From Klebsormidium nitens (lineage: Eukaryota; Plantae; Klebsormidiophyceae), in NCBI GenBank assembly GCA_000708835.1, contig DF237054.1:135501-199500 (forward strand): a stretch of 64,000 bases of DNA. The letters are read 5' to 3'. Made by a program: the position numbers and the translations under genes. The notes under the pieces were generated by a model that saw only the letters and a list, made by a program, of their open reading frames with translations, searched no databases and was not told the DNA's origin. This document shows positions 13,801 to 25,800 of this stretch, piece after piece (position 1 is the first letter of the stretch; each line of letters starts with the position of its first letter).

Positions 13801-16800
13801 GGACGCCGCCAGCTCAGCGGTGACGTCAGCATGAGCCTTCTTACTGGCTGCCAGCGTGGTGCGGCGGGCGGCGCCTTCCTCAGTCAAGGCCGCCAGCTGG
13901 GCGCTGACGTCAGCGTGCGCGGACCGCGCGTTTTCGAGCTCCGCGCTGACGTAAGCGTGTTCGCTCCAAGCGGCTGCCAGCTGTCTCTCCGCGGCGGCGG
14001 CGCGGTCCTCGTTAGAAGCCAGCTCCACCTTGAGCCGGATGTTCATCTCCCGTGCTTCGGACAGATTGGCTGCAGGAACGTTGGTAATGGGTTCACAATT
14101 TGACGTGTCTCACTCGGGTGCGAATTATACTTGGGTTCGATGCTAAAACTTGACAGTAACGAACTACAAATGTCTCTTGCTTGTCCCTTGCACGTACGGA
14201 ATATCAAGATGCAGAGAAACAGATTGAACTTACATTTGAAGACGTAGAAATGCATTCTACTTCAATCTACATACCCTTAACACGCCCGCAAGGTTGATCA
14301 AGTATTCCCAATCTGTTAGACACCGTTTACAAAATTTGCAAAAAGCTGCAAGCGAGCTCAAAATAGTTGAGATTGCACGTAACAAGCACCACAGGCGCCC
14401 ACATATTTTATTAGTTTCAACAACTGCCAATACTGCAAAGCTGATACTTTCAAGAACACTACAGCTTCGTAGCTTCTACTCTTTAATCTCTGCTAATAGG
14501 CACAGCTACTTACCCGCCGCTCTAGCCTCCGCTTCCGCAAGCTCTGCTTGCAACTCTGCGACGGTCTCCCGCGCGCCTCCCACAATCGACGACAGTACCA
14601 AATCACTCACTGCTCGTTCGCTCTCCGACCCCACCCTCTCTTTTCGTTCCGCTTGCACAGAGTGTTTTACCGCCCCTCTATGTGACGCTTCGACACTTTC
14701 CGGCGCGTCTTTTTCCGGGTCTCCGCTAGTGTTCTGTGAGCTTTCGCTCCGCGGCGTTTCCGTGACGTCATGCTTGCGCCGAAGCTCTGCCAGGTGGCGC
14801 TTGAAGAGCGCCGCCTCAAACATCACAGCGGGCAGCTCTACGAGAGCCCGCCGATACGCTTCGAGCCGGGCAGTCTCCCCCGAGAACTTTTCTCCCCCCT
14901 TCTTATCCTGACCCGACTCCCCGGTTGATTCCCCCGAGCCATCACCCGCTCTGCCGGATCCACTTTCGTTCGCTGGTGCCACCGACTCGGACACAGTCCC
15001 CGCCCTTTGGACGCTCGGTGAGAATCCCGCCAGCATACTTTCCAGTCGGCTCACTCTGACCGGCAAGTCAAAGGAGCCGCTGGGCGACCGGCCCCCAGGA
15101 GCTTCCTGCCTTTGGTCGCCCAGAAGGCTTTCCAGCCGGCCGACTCGCACGGGGAGGTCGAAGGAAACGGCCTCCGATCGAGTTTCTTCTCTCGACGTAC
15201 TTTGGAGCACACGGCTTGTCGAGTCCTTTTGGGCTAGGTCTGCTGTAAAATGGTCTGAAGCCCCAACCATGTTCCCTGCTAAAGCTTTCTCTGCTGCGGC
15301 AGCAAGGACCGGAGGTGTCTGCGGTACAAACCCGGGGAACTCGGACTCCTTAGTTGCCGAATCAGGGCTCCCGGTTCTTCGCTCCCGGGCGACGTCTTCG
15401 CTTTTGCTCAGTGCCCTTTGTTCCGCTTCCGCATCCTCTCCGGTTCCGGTTCCGGTCCCGTTTCCGTTCCCAGACCCTCGCAGCATACTTTCGACCCGGT
15501 TCACTCGTATCGGGAGGTCAAAGGAGCCTTGGGGCGTCCGTTCCGGTGTACCCGAGGGACTGGGCGGAATTGCCACCGGATTCCAGGCCCACACCGGAAG
15601 CTCCTTCGGCTTGGAGCCTTTCTTTACGCTGACGTCCTCCGACGGAATCGATGCCTGACAAGCAGCGTCTTGCGCCCAAAGAATTGTGGGTCCGCCCGCT
15701 GCAGTTCCGGCGGAACCCGGCTTTGTGGGCTCGAAGAAGCCCTCCATTTGACAGCTCACGCTGCACACCGTCACCGCTTCGGCCGCCGGATTCCGGAGTG
15801 CCTCCATCAGCGGAATCGCCTTCGCCTCTCCGACCACCGCTCCAAACAGGGTCGTGGTCTCACCGTTTGCATTTCGCTGCCCAAGTTCTGCCTCAGCCTC
15901 CGATTCAGAAAGAGCAACCACACTGTTCTGTTCAGTGCTCGCTTTCCGCCCTCCGAGCTCCAAGGGAGTCTCCGAGACGGACGGAAGCTCGCGAGCGCGC
16001 ACGCCCAACCCGCCAAACTCAAACGCGCCCAGGCTGTTCGTCCGCGTCGCGGGCTCGCTGCCGGAGTAACTCGACAGAGTCGATCCCAGGAGACCGCTCA
16101 TGCCGAACGCGTCGACTCCGCTCTCTTGCGAAGTCAGCGTGACGTCAGCAGACCGCACGGAAGGCGCGTCACCCCACGCGGCGCTTTCACTTCCCCCGGT
16201 CTCTTCGAGATGCTGCTTCCCGGGCCCTTGGGGGGTCATGAAGCTGCTTAAGCGCGGTTCCGATTTATCACCCAGGCTTTCGTGCAAAGTAGAACCTTCC
16301 TCCTTGGAGCTTAAGCTAAACTGACCGGGGCTTACGTCTTCAGTGGGCTCTGGCAGGGCGTTCTGGCGTTCCTCCATTGACTTGCTCCGGTCTTCCAACC
16401 GAAGCTCCGGCGGAGCCTCAGCCTTGTCCACGCTTTCCACCGCCCTCAGTCTGTCCTCCAGCCGCGCAATATTGGCCCGCAGTTGTCTATTCTCCTCCAA
16501 AATTGGAGTCTCCTCCTTGGCTCTATCTTCTTCCAATCCACCCGCTGCTCCCACAACCGCAAGTCCAACTTGGGCTCCATCAGCCAAATCCGGTTCTGCG
16601 CTCGACTCCGCTACTTTTTTCGAAGCTTCCCGCCTTTCCGTCTCTTTGTTCTTCCCGTCTTCCTCCCTGTTCCCCCTACTCACTTCTCCCCCTACATTTG
16701 CCTCAGAGGCTTCAGCTTCTTCCACTCCCCCCTTCCTCGAGCATCCAGCCTTTTCCGTTCGTTCCGCCTGCTGCCCCTCCACCGGAACTCCGGGCTTCTC

Positions 16801-19800
16801 ACTTTCCTCCCCAGCGCTGAGCGTTTCTTCCAGAGGAGCGACCGCTCCTCCGAGCGCCGCGTTCTCCGGCGCCGCCAATTCTTTCTGCGCGAGCTCCTCC
16901 TGGAGCGCGCGCACTTCAAGGCGCAGGCCCGCGATCGCCTGCGCGGCCGTCGCGCGCTCCTCGCGCAGCCGCGCTATCTCGAGTTGCTCGTCGTGCGTTT
17001 CCGGATCTGCGCTTGCCTCTTCTGAGATACTCGCGGGTGCATCCTGCAAAAGTGGTGGCATGAACGGATCAGAGGCCGCTAATGTGAAACAGAGCTGCCG
17101 CTTGCTTGAAAGGTAGATAGCCGCTCCCTCTTGCCCTTCATAGTGATTCGTGTGTTCTTCCGGTTGTGTAGCTGTGTAAACAGCAGTCGCAATCCGGAAG
17201 TCTGCCATCAGAGACTCTGACTGACTCAGGAAAGCTTGCTGAAAGCACCTTTTTCAGAAGAGAATAAGTCATGTGGACGACACCAATTGAAGGTTTCACT
17301 TGACAGACACGCGCGTCTGCTTAACGAATATTAGAAGCACTTGAGTCCGGGAGAGAATGGAATCGTAAGAGGTATGGAAGGGCTTTCTACCCTCGAAATT
17401 ATTGCAGAATTGAGACGGTGCGCTTACCGCGGCATTGCGGCTTGCAATCTGCACGGCTGGCGGTTGAGCAGTGTCTATTAGGCCCTCATCCTGTTGCGGC
17501 CCCTCGCTGTCGATCAGAGAGTCGCTCGCAGCGCCCAGCTCCGCTTGCAGGTACTCCAAGTCGTCTTGAAGCGCTGCGGAGAAAAAAAATGTACTAAGAT
17601 GCTCATTTGTGAAGACCTCCACTTTGTCATACCAAGAGCGTGGCTCTGAGTCTTTTTAATCTTCGAATTGCTGGGCCCCTAAAAGACGGAAGAGGGAAGC
17701 AAAGAGGAGAAAGTGGTCCCGTCTGATATGAAGCTGTGAAATACCGTCATTTGAAGTGACTTGTTGAGCTCTAAGATTTTTGATGCCGATGCTAAGATTC
17801 CTGCGCAAGATCCTCCGTGCGCTGTTACGGTGCATGCCTTATGCTCAACGTTGCCGGCATACAGTCGAAGGCTCTTGACCTGAAAGAATTAGAACCTCCA
17901 CACTAATAGAATCTGTCCTTGCGAGGGATAAGAATGGTTATTCGAATTGAAACTTGAAGAGGATAAGTTTGCATCCGGCTTACCAGCGGCCATCCCCTCC
18001 GCCATCTGCAGGTCCTCCTTGACTTCCGCCAGGACCTCTTCCGCTCCGGCCATGATTGCGGAATGAACGAAGTTGTCGACCGCTTTGTCGGTCTCCAAGC
18101 TTCTGCGAGCTTCTTGCTCCGACTTGAGATTGAGGACAGCGGACTGGAGGCTCGCAGCGGTCGCGGCCTGTAACTCGTGGAGCGTAACCACTTCTTCTCT
18201 GAGGGCATTCACACTCGCAGACTCGATCTGCATTTCAACCTGCGAGGAGGAATGTAGATTCTTCAAAGTGAAGTGATGACAGTATCAAGTCCGACCTTCT
18301 GATCTGTGCAGCGTAATAAGAAGATAGACTTTGGGAGTGGTCTGTGGTGTATGAAACGGGGTTTAAAAATTGACGACTTGAGTCCTACCTTTGGAGACCG
18401 GATAAAGCGCAGTTCACTTTGCGGCCGGCTTCAATCAGTCCCAGTCTCCCAAGTTCTACAACTGATAACTTGCCCGCTTTGAGTACTCCCACGTTGTGTG
18501 GTGCAAGTACCTTGACCCAAATCTGTCGTCAATCAGTGCCTAAAATCATTCCCGGCAATTGAATGGCACTCCAAGTCCAGAAAAGCGAAGCTAATCCTCT
18601 GGCCTACTCAAAAAAAATCCCTGAGCTTCCAAAGCCGGCTTACCGTTTCCTCCTCATAACCAGCTTCCTCCTCCCGAACTTCCGGTCCGCCCTCTCCAGT
18701 TTCCGAAAGGTCCTCCTCCTCAACGCCTGTGTTCCTCCCTTTCACGATCTCCAGCTCTCTCAGTGCAACTCGCAGCTCCTCCCGGGCACTCTCAATCTTC
18801 CCGCGGGCATCGCCCACTTCCCCGTTCGCTTCATCCAGCCTGCCGCGTGCCAACGTCAGATCCTCGTTACTAGAGGTTACCTCCTCCCGAGTCCTTTCCA
18901 GCGCCTCTTGGAGGAATTTTAACTCCCCGGTAGCTTTCTCCAGCTTCCCGTGCGCCGACTCTAGTTCTTCAACGCTGGCAATCGTATCCGCCCGGTTACT
19001 CTGAAGTGCCCCCCGGCCCTCGCTCAGCGCCTCGTTTGTCGCTCGCAGCTTGCCACGTGTCAGCGCCAGATCCTGGTTGCTATCCCTTACCTCTCCCCGC
19101 GTCCTTTCGAGCGCTTCCCGGAGGCTACTCAATTCCCCGGTTTCTCTGTCAAGCCTCCCTTGGGCCGACTCTAGTTCCTCAACACTGGCAACCGTATCCT
19201 CCCGGTTCCTCTCCAGAGCCACCAGGGACTCTCTCAGCGCCTCGTTTGTAGCCCGCAACTTGCCACGTGTCAGCGCCAGACCCTCGTTGCTAGCCGTTAC
19301 ATCTCCCCGAGTCATTTCTAGCTCTTCCCGGAGGATACTTAACTCCCCCTTCGCTTTCAGGAGAATGAGCTCCCAGGTCGCTTTCTCCAGCCTGCGGTGC
19401 GCCAACTCTAGTTCCTCAACACTGGCAACCGTAGCCGCCCGGTTCCTCTGAAGACCTCCCTGAGACTCGCTCAGCGTCTCGTTTGTAGCGCGCAGCTTGC
19501 CACGTGTCAGCGTCAGATCCTCTTCGCCAGCTTTTACCTCCCCCCGAGTCCTTTCAAGCGCTTCCTGGAGGAAAATCAGCTCCCCGGTTGCTCTTTCCTG
19601 CCTTCCGTGCGCCGACTCTAGTTCCTCAACACTGGAGGCCATTTCTGCCCGATTATCCCGAAGAGCTCCCCGGGACTCGCTCAGCGCCTCGTTTGTAGCC
19701 CGCAGCTTGCCACGTGTTAGCGCCAGAACCTGGTTGTTATTCCTTGCCTCTCCCCGCGTCCTTTCTACCTCTCCCTGGAGGAGAATCAGCTCCCCGGTTG

Positions 19801-22800
19801 CCTTCTCCAGCCTGCCGTGCGCCGACTCTACTTCAATATTGGCGACCGTTTCCGCCCGGTTAATTTGAACAGCCCCCCGAGACTCGCTCAGCGCCTCGTT
19901 CGTAGCCCGCAGCTTGCCACGTGTCACGAAGAGCTCTCTTTTTGTTTCTTCCACCTCCCGGTGCAACTTCCCGAGCTCTTCCCTCGCTTCATTTACAAGT
20001 CCCGAAAAGACAACCCCTTCTTCGTCGGCTCGCGTCCCTCTCGGGTTAGTGGAAACCACCTCCTCTAACCGTTTTCCAGTTGCAAAATCAGGGTTCTCCA
20101 ACCCCGTCTTTTCGACCTTGGCAGGCTCTTCCACCGGTGACGGCGACTCAATTGAAAACAAGGCCCGCTTGAAGGTCGCCGAAATCTCCTCCAGGTTGGT
20201 TTCCCCGGGCAAGTCTCCGTCTCTAGCGGCTCGCAGGAGCGCCAAATGCGCGTCTGCGGTCGTCAGCTCGACGCGCGCGGCCGCGAGCTTGTGCGCCGTC
20301 TGCCGCAGCTCCTCCCTGGCTGACGTCACCAGCTGCGTCATGTCGCGCTGTGCCACTTCCGCGCTCACAGCCTGCACTTGAAAGTTAAGATGCTTAGAAG
20401 ATGCTTGGTAGCAGGTCCTTGTGCGTCAAAAAGGTCTGCGCATGTCAGTGCCCGCAAAGGCTTTGCTTACCAAAAGAAAGAGTGGGCGCATCACTCATAT
20501 CCTCGGCGATTGAGAGGCATTTTAACGTAGAGGTCCACATCAGATCGGGTTTGCATTACCGCCGGTCGCGACAATGGCTCTCTGAAGTACTGCCAATATG
20601 ACATGAAGGGCGCTTCAAGCTTTACCTTTAGCCACGATGACGAAGGGCCTTTATATATTGAACCACAACGAGTGCCGTCACTAAGAATCTTCTTTAACAT
20701 ACAGGAGTTCCAAACCCTGTCGTATCGATTTTTCCTCACCTCTTTCGAACCTTCGAGAGGGTTTTGGTGCTCGTTAGGTGAAGAAGCACCTGTGTAAGCG
20801 GCGAGCGCTTCTTGGAGTGCAGTCAGCTCGGCGAGCGCAGAGTCGCTCTTCTGCTCGTACTCTGCAATGAAGTTCACGCAACAAAGTGAGCAGAAGGAAT
20901 AATTTCCGGCTTTTCGATCTTGTAAAATCTTCGGCTCCTATGTTCACTCCTTAATTGCCCTTGCACTGAGGCTAACTACGATCCAAAGAATTGAATCAGA
21001 AAGCACATCCTTTGTGACTAGAGAAAGAAGCTCCGGCTCTAGGATGGCAGGAAATAAGCTATCGGATTATACCAGCTATGCAAAATGATTCACACTAAAC
21101 CTTCTTCTTCACCCGTGCTATGCTGCTGATGATCGTGACGCTACCAAGTTTTGTCACTCTAGACATCGCAGGAAGCGGCCGCGACAGTTTCTTTTCAGAA
21201 CAGAGCTAGCAGAGCTGCAGCTCTCTGATTTTCTGATAGCCCATCATCCAAACAACGCCTTCGTATGCGCTTGACTCAGAACTTACCAGCAGCTCGCGAC
21301 TCGGCCTTCCTGACGTCTCCTTTCAGCACCCGGACGGTCTCCTCCGCTCCCGCCAGTATCGCAGAATAGACCAATGCGTCTGCTGTCCTGTCAAACTCCA
21401 AATCTTTTAGCGCTGCTCTCTCCGCTTGCAAGGAGCCAAGGGCCGCCTCAAGTTCTTCAACAGCGGCCTCGTGTTTTCCTTGCAGATCTTGCATTTCTTC
21501 CTCGAGACCCACTCGCGTGTAATCTGCAGGGAGATGAAGATTACTGTTTGAGCCGCATGGCCCTTGAAATTGATCTGGGGGAACGCAGTCGGATGCAGTG
21601 CTGTTCCGGACATGGGGCAAAAGATTAGCCCCTTCTTTAGGGGAGGTGCCTAGGTGTCCTGAAATTGTCTTGACACCTTCGTATCACGATAGGAATTGCA
21701 TGAATCTCTCCAGATTCGAATGTTGCATGCAAGTCAGCAGATGCACTCAAGCTTGCACACTAGAGTATTCATAAGTTTTTGGGATCTCGTCTTGCCTAGG
21801 AAGGCAAACGACTCATTCTTAGTTTCAGTATCAACTCACGTGCCGCTTGTTTTTCCGTCGCTGCCAGGTCGTTCTTCGAAGACCCAACCGCTTCGCTGGC
21901 CCCGGTCAGGATGGCAGAACGCAACAGCTCGTCGCTGTTGTTCTCCGATATTGCTTGGTCAGACGGAGCCGGAACCGGGAACGGGACCGGAACCTTCTCT
22001 GCGTCCACAGGAAGGCGGGTTTCGATGTAGCTGCTCCTCCGGACGGCTTCCTTCTGACTGTCCGCGGATGTCTGCTTCTGCAGAAAGGAGAATCAGACAA
22101 GGGGACAAATCAAACGGGTGGCAAAAAGTGAAAACTGGAATCATCTGGAAGCGGGATGTCCTATAGATTGCCCTTGCTGCAAGCTCCTCAAAGGTGTCCT
22201 GTCCTGTCGGTAATTAGTGCACAACATTGCCACAACACAAGTAATATTCAACCGTGAAACAATACCCCCTCTCCATCCCACTCGAGAGGTCTGTTTCTAT
22301 AGTCTGAGCTTCTACAGGTTCGCCTCATTACAAACCAGCACAGTATCTCGCATCGAATTGCAAGATTAAATGGTTGCCCTGAATCAATCAGCATCCTTTC
22401 AAAGAAAAGCAACGATAGAGACAATAAAGCTACTTTTACCGAGAAGCTCGAGTAGAAAAGACGAACGCATTGGGAACCTTTAACTGTTTGTAGGTAGAAA
22501 TAATTTCAGGACCTCGCTTTTCACAAGCTCACCTCCAAGCCCTGCAGCCTGGCCGCCTCCGCCATCCTGAGCGCATTCACACTCGCCCGCCTCACCGCTT
22601 TCCTCACCGCCTCCACCCCCGCTCCCCCGACAACCCCTTCAATTTCCCCCCCGGTAAATATCTGGATCTCTTCGTAGAACTGCGTGAGCGACTTTCGCGT
22701 GGCCTGCAGCTCCTCTTTCACTGCGCGCAGCTCCTCCTGATACCCCGAGCACTCGGCCGCTTTCTCCCGATAGGCTTCCGCAGTAGAGGCCTCGTCCCAC

Positions 22801-25800
22801 CGGATCTCGGCATCCGCCCGGGGCGACTGGCTACCATTCCCAGGGCAAGCTTCGCCCGAACAAGGCCCATCGACGTGGGTCTCTGACTGGAGCCCGTTAT
22901 GAGAGTCGGCTGGGACGGCTTTGAGTCCGTCAGCCTCTTCAGACACGTTGAAGAGTCTGCTGACGTCAGACAACACGTCAGCGTTCTCGTCTTCCGGTCC
23001 GCTTGAGTCCCCGGTTGTTGTCAGCGCCCGAAGTGCGAGGGCCTTGCCTGACGTAGGGCTGAGCACCGCCGGGTCGATCAGATCGTCACTCTTGTCCAAA
23101 ACTCCCGCTCTAGTTGCTTCACTTTCGCTCGGGTTCCGTTTCCCCTCCCCATCCCCGTCTGAACTCGCCGTCGTAAGTCCCTCCTCCACGCTGCTTGCAA
23201 AAGGCTCACAGACAACCGCCGACAGCTCCTCTGTCTCCGTTTGTGCGGCAACTATCCTCTTCTTGCGACCCTCCTGCTCTTCCTCGTTCTCTTCACTAGG
23301 TCCTACGACCGCATCGCTCTCAATCGTACCTCCCAAAGGCTCTAGTTCTTCCCCCACCGGTTGTCCGAAAGAAGCGGCCAAAACCAAGCCCCGGACGTCC
23401 GCCAGCTCCGCCTCCAGCGTCCGGAGCTTCTCCTCCTTCCCGGCGCACTCCACCGACCGGGCCTCCAGTCGCGCGGAGACCTCTTCAAACGCTTGCCCCG
23501 ACACCCTTCGCCCTTCTACCGGGCACTCACCTTCCGCTTCGTGCGCAAACGCGTCTGCCAGAGTCTGTCTCGCCCTCACCAACTCTCCTCTCACGGCTTC
23601 CAATTTCGAATCGAGCGCATTCGCCTCCGCGGTCTTCTGCTCGAGGGCGGCAGAATTGCTCTCGTATTCCGCCCGGTTTACAGAGCTCCGACCACTTTCT
23701 CCGCCAGAGGTCTCTTCCAAAGAGTCTCTGCACGAATTACCGACTTCTTCCGTAACCTCTTCCAATTCCGTTCGCAGAGACCGGAGCTTCTCCCCTTTCC
23801 TGGCACATTCCGCCGACCGGACTTCCAACCGCGCGGAAAGCTCCCCAAACTCTTCCACCGACACCCCTTTCTCCCCCGGTATCTCACCTTCAGCCCGCAT
23901 GGCAAATCCATCCGCCATGGCGCTTCTCGCCGCCAGAAGCTCCTCCCTCGCAACCATTATTCGTTTGTCAAGCTCACTCTCTTCTCGCACCTTGTTGTGG
24001 AAACCGGCGGACAGCGCTTCGAACTCCTCCGCAGGGATAAAGTGTCGCCCGTCATCATCCCCGGCGAATCTCACCGACACTTCACTGGCCGTACCCGCGT
24101 CTGCTTTTCTCGCTTCTTCTAGTTCCTCTCGAAGCGCCCGTAGCTGGCCGGCCTTCCGGGCACACTCTACCGAGCGCTCCTCCAACCGAATTGGCATCAG
24201 CTCGTCGTCTCCCGCATCCACACCTTTATCTGATTCTCTTTCTCCCTCCGACTGGATTTCACGCATTCTCTCGCGTTGCTTTTCGGTACATGCTTCTTTT
24301 GCGTGTGACAGCTGCTCTCTTACAGTGACCAACTGCACCTCCAACTCGTTCTCCTCCCGTTCCCTTGTCTCGCAAAGCTCTGACAGCCGTTCGATCTCTC
24401 CAGCAGAAGCACTTTTCCGTTCCTCCCTCTCATCAGGCGCCACTGGCATCGACGCCAGCGTGATGTCAGCTAGCTCCTCCCGCAGCGCGCGCAGCATCCC
24501 CCTCTTCCGCGCGCACTCGAGCGCAGCCGCGGCCGACCGACCGGCCAAACCCTCGGCCTCATCCCGCGTCCCTCCCGCTTCCACGTGGCACTCAAATCTC
24601 GCCGCGAGCACCGCGCGCGCGCTCAACAGCTCCTCCTGGGCTGCTCCGAGCCTTCCGTCCAGATTTCCCGCCTCTAGTTCCTTCTGCTCGACAGCCGCCG
24701 AGAGCCGCTCCCATTCCGTTCCGCTTCCGTTCGCTGCTCCAGACTCCGGTCCCCGGACGGAATCCTCGGCCACTCCCTCGCTCAACGCCTGGACTTCTTC
24801 CAGCTCCCGGTGGATCGACACGATCTTCCGTTCCTTCCGTTCACAAGCTTGTGTCACCTCCGCCAACTGCGTCGCCAGGGTTTCAATCTCGCCGTCCAAA
24901 ACCCCCAAACCTCCGCCGATGCCGGCCGCGGCAAACCCGTCGGCAAGCGCGGTCCTTGCCTGGGTTAGTGCTTCGGTGGCGTCCATCAACGCTCCCTCGA
25001 GAAGCTCGTGCTGCTGACGTTTTTCCTCGACGTCTGACGAGAGCCTCGCAACTTCCTCCGAGTCTAGTGCAGGCGTGGTCTCGTCTTCCTTCATTGTATG
25101 CAAAGGCGATTTCCTTCCAGAGCCCAGATCTGCCAAGTCTTCCCGGATCGCGCGCAGCTGCCCCCTCTTCCTCGCGCACTCCGCGACCAGGGCCTCCAGC
25201 TGCCCGGTCAAATCCCGCGCGGTCTCGGACACGCCCGGCGCACTTTCGGACCCCAATCTCTGGGCGCCCGTTTCGCACTCGCCTGCGAAGCTCTCAGCGA
25301 GCGCGTCCCTAGCTGCCAGCAGCTCATCTCTCGCAGCCCCCAGAGCCACGTCAAGACTGTAGTCATCCATTACCATCATCTGGTAAGCCGCCAAAAGCTG
25401 CTCCAAATGGGGCGCCCCTGCCTCTCCCTCTGCCATTGAGCCTTCCTTAGCAAGCAAAGTCTCCGCGACGAAACTCTTGACTCCCGCCAACTCCTCACGC
25501 AACGCCGAAAGCGTCTCCTCCTTTCGCGTTGACGCTGCCCGCAGGATCTCGAGTCTCTCCAGCACGTTAGCCTCGTTGACGCCGGCGTGCTCCACTGCCG
25601 CGCCCCCGTCTGCCGACGTCTTCGCTAGAGCAGCCCTCGCCTGTTGTGCTACCCGAATCTCTCCGTCCAACTGCTCTTGCTTCCGCAGTTCCTCCACCTC
25701 TGCGAGTCTCTCAATCTCAACCGCAGTGGCACCTTTTCCTCCCCCCTCTTCCGAGACGTTTCTGTTGAGTTCACCATTGCTCTCCGTCCGCACATGGTCT

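Noticed and set aside
17044-17220. In-frame 5' extension of exon 17043 (ORF track start at 17208)
   Set aside because: The sequence reads as intron-like and ends in a strong ttttgcag acceptor. An alternative phase-0 acceptor at 17220 is possible but unsupported.
18815-19935. Regularly spaced repeats here and at 41019-41400 and 54440-54834 as CRISPR-like arrays
   Set aside because: Units are degenerate, lack unique spacers of constant length, are coding or splice-junction derived, and no cas genes occur in this eukaryotic context.
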